Part shown: one piece after another, positions 60,027 to 64,000 of the stretch
Numbering within the stretch: position 1 is the stretch's first letter
Layout of the letters: each line of letters opens with the position of its first letter
Source of the DNA: Patescibacteria group bacterium
GTDB lineage: Bacteria; Patescibacteriota; Kazan-3B-28
NCBI GenBank assembly: GCA_028717565.1
Contig: JAQUNP010000001.1
Location: 229,996 to 293,995 of the forward strand
Length of the DNA stretch: 64,000 nucleotides
Direction of reading: 5' to 3'
Notes under the pieces: model-generated
The model's input: only the letters and a program-made list of their open reading frames with translations
What the model was told of the DNA's origin: nothing
The model's database searches: none
Translations under genes and position numbers: made by a program

Positions 60027-61226
60027 TTAGTAGTAAGAATTTTCTTCTACAGGAGTATCTTTTTGTACATTCTGTCGGTGAGAGGCCAGATTTAGGCGTT
60101 CGGCCTGATAGGTTTTGATATTGTCTATAATCTCGGTGGCGGCTTGTTCCAAAGAGGACTTGGGCAGTTTAAAGGCAGCCGCCCCAGGGTGCCCACCACC
60201 TCCAAAGAGCTTGGCAATCTCATCCGCTTTGGCATCTGAGTTGGTACGGATGCTGCCATGGATAATACCTGGTTCACGCTCACTAATTAGAATAGCCACA
60301 TCAGTATCGGGGACACTGGACAAGAATTCATCGATCAGACCGCTTAAGTCCTGCTGGGTGGCACCAGTTGCGGACAGATCGTCTAGATTGGCCGTAGTCC
60401 AGACCAAGCGGTACTCTGTGTCTGATTGTGCCCGAGCCAGCACCCGCCCCCAGAGTTGGAGCGCGCCCAAGCTCTTGGTGCGATAGATATTTTTAATAAT
60501 TTCTTGCTGTCTAGCGCCAAACCCTACCATCTGAGCAGCTACGGTTAAGGCCTTGGGCGTAGTATTGGGGTTTTGGAATGAGTTGGTATCAGCAATCATG
60601 GCCGTCAAAAGGCAGGTGGCCACATCGTCATCTAGTAAATTAGAGCCAAGCGCCTCGATTAGGCCGACCAAAATCTCTGCCGTTGAGGCAGCCGTCATAT
60701 TAACCAGATTGACTTTGCCAAAGTAATCATTAGAAGCATGATGGTCAATATTGATAACTGGCGTCTCCTTAAATAACTCCTCATGTTTTTTGTAAATCTC
60801 ACCCAAATGAGACAAGCTAGCTGCGTCTAGGGTAATGATCAAATCATACTGAACAGAGCCGACTGTGAAGCTGACGTCCTCGGGTTTGAATTGGCCTTTT
60901 TTAGTGGCAATGATGACATTGAGCTTGCCGTTATCAAAGTTATACGAAAGCTTATCCGTTTCGACAGTCGCATTGTCCAGAGTTATGACAAAGTCGCGCC
61001 CACCTTCTAAGCTATTTCTCAAATCATGGATGTGCGGCAGGAAGCGGTAAGACGCATGCGGTGATTCTAGAGAAATAACCGCAATTTGTTTCCCTAGTTT
61101 TTTCAAGACACGAAACAGCCCGAGCGAGGAACCCAGGGAGTCCCCATCGAGAGCACTGGGCACCAACAGGATACTGTTGGCTTGGGTAATCAGCTCGATG
61201 GCTTGTTGTTTGGGGGTTGCTTCCAT
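60027..61226 (-). CDS. DHH/DHHA1 family phosphoesterase (NrnA-like)
   Basis: DHH motif (IDHHASN) and DHHA1 GGGGH motif; 399 aa. Confidence 0.85.
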   Translation of the reverse strand: MEATPKQQAIELITQANSILLVPSALDGDSLGSSLGLFRVLKKLGKQIAVISLESPHASYRFLPHIHDLRNSLEGGRDFVITLDNATVETDKLSYNFDNGKLNVIIATKKGQFKPEDVSFTVGSVQYDLIITLDAASLSHLGEIYKKHEELFKETPVINIDHHASNDYFGKVNLVNMTAASTAEILVGLIEALGSNLLDDDVATCLLTAMIADTNSFQNPNTTPKALTVAAQMVGFGARQQEIIKNIYRTKSLGALQLWGRVLARAQSDTEYRLVWTTANLDDLSATGATQQDLSGLIDEFLSSVPDTDVAILISEREPGIIHGSIRTNSDAKADEIAKLFGGGGHPGAAAFKLPKSSLEQAATEIIDNIKTYQAERLNLASHRQNVQKDTPVEENSYY

Positions 61227-61350
61227 AAATCAGCTATTGATAAGATAGTTCAGCTTATCGGAAGTAGGGGAGGAAGTCAATTTAGGCCTTTACAAACTAG
61301 GGGATAACCTCTAATCTTTGTAGAGTTAAGTTAAATAGTTAAAACGTCTT

Positions 61351-61584
61351 ATGCCAATTATCAAATCAGCCAAAAAGCGGATGCGCAGCAGCGCTCGGCA
61401 GAAAGCGCTCAATCTGTCTGTCAAACAAGCTTATAAGAGCTCAGTGAAAACTGCCCGCGCCCAGAAATCGGATGAAACTGTAAAACAGGCCTTTAAAGCA
61501 CTCGACAAAGCCGCCAAGCGTGGCGTGATTCATCCCAATAAGGCCGCTCGCTTAAAGTCCAGATTGGCCAAGAGTGCCGTCTAA
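61351..61584 (+). CDS. rpsT: 30S ribosomal protein S20
   Basis: MPIIKSAKKRMRSSARQKALN; 77 aa. Confidence 0.92.
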   Translation: MPIIKSAKKRMRSSARQKALNLSVKQAYKSSVKTARAQKSDETVKQAFKALDKAAKRGVIHPNKAARLKSRLAKSAV

Positions 61585-62525
61585 AGAGCTGCCGTAGTAA
61601 CTAACTTCACCGGAACATTCTCTGGAGCACATGCCCCAGTTTTTAGCTGATGGTCTATAGCCACCAAGCATTGGTATTGAGCCGTCAGCTGCGCCTTGGT
61701 TAAACCTTTTACGAGGGCTAGGTTTTGTTTGACCGCAAAGGGATGAAGCCCAACGCGAGCAGCGATTTGATGAGCTGACAGTCCTTGGTTGGCTAACTCC
61801 CAAACCTGAACCGCTCCCCTGAGCTGAAAGGTAAGTGCCCCTAGGATTTTCACAATATCTTCGCCTTTATCTAACTGCTGGTTAAAAATATCCAAGAATG
61901 TCCGAGAATCCTTTCTCACTAGGGCGGACAAGGCGGAAAAAACATTAAGTTGGAGCACACCAGGCAAAAGTGCGGCGATATCCGTTTCACACAGCGTTCG
62001 ATTTTGGGAGAAGGCGCTCAGTTTTTTGAGGTCATTATCAATCCCCAGAAGATCGCCCTGGCTGCTGACAATCAGTTGGTCAACGATAGCTGGAGTTAAT
62101 TTTAATCCGTACCCTAAAGCAAGCTCACCAACTCGCCGAACTAGCACGATGCCTGTCGGGTTTAAGAATTCTTGAACTTGCCTGGGCTTATTTAAAAACT
62201 TATAAAGTGCTTGGCGTTTGTCAAAGGTTTCTGATTCATAAAAAATCACCGTGGTGTCACTAAAATCCTGAGGCTTTATTAGCTCTAGCAGGGCGGTCTT
62301 GAACTCGGCGGGGGAGAGAGCCAAAATATTTTTTAGGACAATCAGCCGCTTGCCTCCAAGAAGGGTTTGCGCCAAAAAGAGATTGGGTAGTTTGGGAATA
62401 GTCAGCTCGTTAGCAGAACGCACCAAGAGATTCTCGGGCGGGTTGGTGGCTAAAAACTTATCTTGAATCGCCGTCAATTTTTGACGGGAAGACAAAACAT
62501 CTTCGCCATAAAGTAAAAACATCAT
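61581..62525 (-). CDS. holA: DNA polymerase III delta subunit
   Basis: 314 aa; LLYGEDVLSSRQKL N-terminus and delta-like helical C-domain. Confidence 0.75.
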   Translation of the reverse strand: MMFLLYGEDVLSSRQKLTAIQDKFLATNPPENLLVRSANELTIPKLPNLFLAQTLLGGKRLIVLKNILALSPAEFKTALLELIKPQDFSDTTVIFYESETFDKRQALYKFLNKPRQVQEFLNPTGIVLVRRVGELALGYGLKLTPAIVDQLIVSSQGDLLGIDNDLKKLSAFSQNRTLCETDIAALLPGVLQLNVFSALSALVRKDSRTFLDIFNQQLDKGEDIVKILGALTFQLRGAVQVWELANQGLSAHQIAARVGLHPFAVKQNLALVKGLTKAQLTAQYQCLVAIDHQLKTGACAPENVPVKLVTTAAL

Positions 62526-63967
62526 GCTGGGGGAGACTGATCTGGTATAGCTTCAGCGAGTGGCTCTTCGGAGGCGGCATCCTCGGGCAAAATATTTTCT
62601 GGGTTGGCCTCTACCGCACCCGCATCTTCAACTCCACGTAAGTATTTGGCTGGCCACGGGATATAGTGGCTTTTGAACGTATCTTCCAAAATTAGCTTAC
62701 CGTCTTTATAGACTTTGCGGTATAGTACAGCGTCAGCCCCTCGATGAGCAATATCCACTTGTTGGATTTCGCCTGGCTCGAGAGTAGAAGTGTCTATATA
62801 AATAGGCTCAGGATAATCGGTAACATTAAAAATACGTGGCCCATCTAGCTCGACAGTACGACCAGTGTCAGTTCCATAAAAATCAAAATAGAGCTTAGTG
62901 CCTTCTATATATGTATCCATAAAAATATGTGCACCAGTATCATTTTTGAACTTGAGATCCGGATAGGGCTGGTAAATGGTAGCATCAGTCCCTGCAGGTT
63001 CATAGTACACCACTCGGTAGGAGTGGTTGCGGCGCTCAACTACTGGTAACCCACCGTTCAAAATGGCTCGGAAGGCTGTGGTAGAAACCTGACACAGGCC
63101 CCCACCATATTCAGGGACGGTCTCGTCACCTTTGATAACTAGCTCCGGCAAATAACCTGTGCTGGCGTCAACATTGCCTAGGTTCTGGACAAAAGAAAAA
63201 GTGGCATCCGGTTTTATAATCAGTCCGTCGAAACGACCGGCCCCCACACCAATATTATGTCGCCGGTTACGGGGGCTACCAGAAAAATCGGAAACACCCC
63301 GAGCCACCAGGGTTTCTATACCCAAGGTATTGGTGTCGGCCAAAGTAATTTTGGGGCGAGTTATTTTTACTGGCAGCTCAATCGGCTCAATGGGATCCAG
63401 CAGCCGACTAGCAATTAGTGTTACGGCCCTATCTACATCCAGCTTGTGACCAGTTTGTTCACTAACAAACTCCACCACACGGTTGTTTTTTATAACCAGT
63501 TTAGCGTCGCGACCTTCTTGATCTACGTCATTGGCGATACTGTTGAGGTACTCCATCAGCGCCTCATGGTTGAACTGAGACATGAGATAGCCAGAATCAA
63601 TGAGTTGCTGTGGGCGTGCCAACACGGCTAAAAACCTCTCTTTTATTTGAGTGGCTAGACCGCCACGACGCCCAATGCTGATGGCAGTCTGAGTAAGTAC
63701 ATCTGCATCAAGTCTAAAATCAAATGCCTCTGGGCTAACCGTCCAAGCCGTGTTATCGAACTTTAGTGTAATGGGGTCTAGTTTGGCACTTTCCACCCTG
63801 TCACTAATCAAATGTAGTGCGCTGGTGATAGTGGCGCCACCTAGATTGACATCCGCAAAGGCAACTCGGGGCAAGACCTTGTTTTTATAAATTAGGTCGA
63901 CGCCAAAAAAAGCCAAAAGCAAAATGACGATTATAATACTTGCCCCAAAAATAATTTTTTGGAGCAA
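62522..63967 (-). CDS. VanW family protein
   Basis: N-terminal TM. VanW core ...FSFVQNLGNVDASTGYLPELVIKGD...GGGLCQVSTTAFRA. The frame stays open upstream to the window end, so the true start may lie beyond 64000. Confidence 0.85.
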   Translation of the reverse strand: MLQKIIFGASIIIVILLLAFFGVDLIYKNKVLPRVAFADVNLGGATITSALHLISDRVESAKLDPITLKFDNTAWTVSPEAFDFRLDADVLTQTAISIGRRGGLATQIKERFLAVLARPQQLIDSGYLMSQFNHEALMEYLNSIANDVDQEGRDAKLVIKNNRVVEFVSEQTGHKLDVDRAVTLIASRLLDPIEPIELPVKITRPKITLADTNTLGIETLVARGVSDFSGSPRNRRHNIGVGAGRFDGLIIKPDATFSFVQNLGNVDASTGYLPELVIKGDETVPEYGGGLCQVSTTAFRAILNGGLPVVERRNHSYRVVYYEPAGTDATIYQPYPDLKFKNDTGAHIFMDTYIEGTKLYFDFYGTDTGRTVELDGPRIFNVTDYPEPIYIDTSTLEPGEIQQVDIAHRGADAVLYRKVYKDGKLILEDTFKSHYIPWPAKYLRGVEDAGAVEANPENILPEDAASEEPLAEAIPDQSPPA

Positions 63968-64000
63968 GTATTTTGATTTCGGTACTAAGTTAAGGTCATC

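Noticed and set aside
1-64000. Alternative genetic code (UGA recoding, as in some CPR lineages)
   Set aside because: TGA terminates normal-length conserved genes (for example the WecA-like gene at 34757, rsmA at 45003-45005 and the comEC MBL ORF at 36494). No conserved gene is interrupted by in-frame TGA.

Overview
Dense, mostly minus-strand 64-kb stretch from a small-genome bacterium. The gene set looks Patescibacteria/CPR-like: RNase Y plus RNase J, PNPase, RuvABC/RuvX, RecA/RecX, FtsK, ComEC, TsaBE, HU, a short AlaRS, a minimal CCA-type nucleotidyltransferase, many small membrane ORFans and one 2300-aa surface protein. The lineage call is inference from gene content only. The genetic code is standard, since TGA, TAA and TAG all end normal-length genes. 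I call 72 CDS, 8 tRNAs (six in one cluster, plus two decayed tRNA fragments), about a dozen consensus sigma70-type promoters and a similar number of hairpin terminators. I saw no rRNA, CRISPR array, transposase, integrase or reverse transcriptase. Six things stand out. (1) Five high-GC, self-contained mini-cassettes sit between housekeeping genes; two share a 27/29-identical promoter module, and a third carries a diverged copy. (2) A 2300-aa N-anchored propeller/Ig-repeat surface protein follows a membrane bPH protein that carries a tandem MshEN-type (c-di-GMP receptor) motif pair. (3) A 139-bp MITE-like inverted-repeat element with a 4-bp duplication sits exactly at the ftsK start codon. (4) Many native genes look leaderless (-10 box 6-8 nt before the ATG), unlike the cassettes. 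(5) The tRNA cluster has pseudo-tRNA debris and one tRNA with a 15-bp extended acceptor helix. (6) There is a poly-basic 36-bp-repeat protein and a poly-acidic protein. All functional calls come from motif recognition by eye. No database search was possible.
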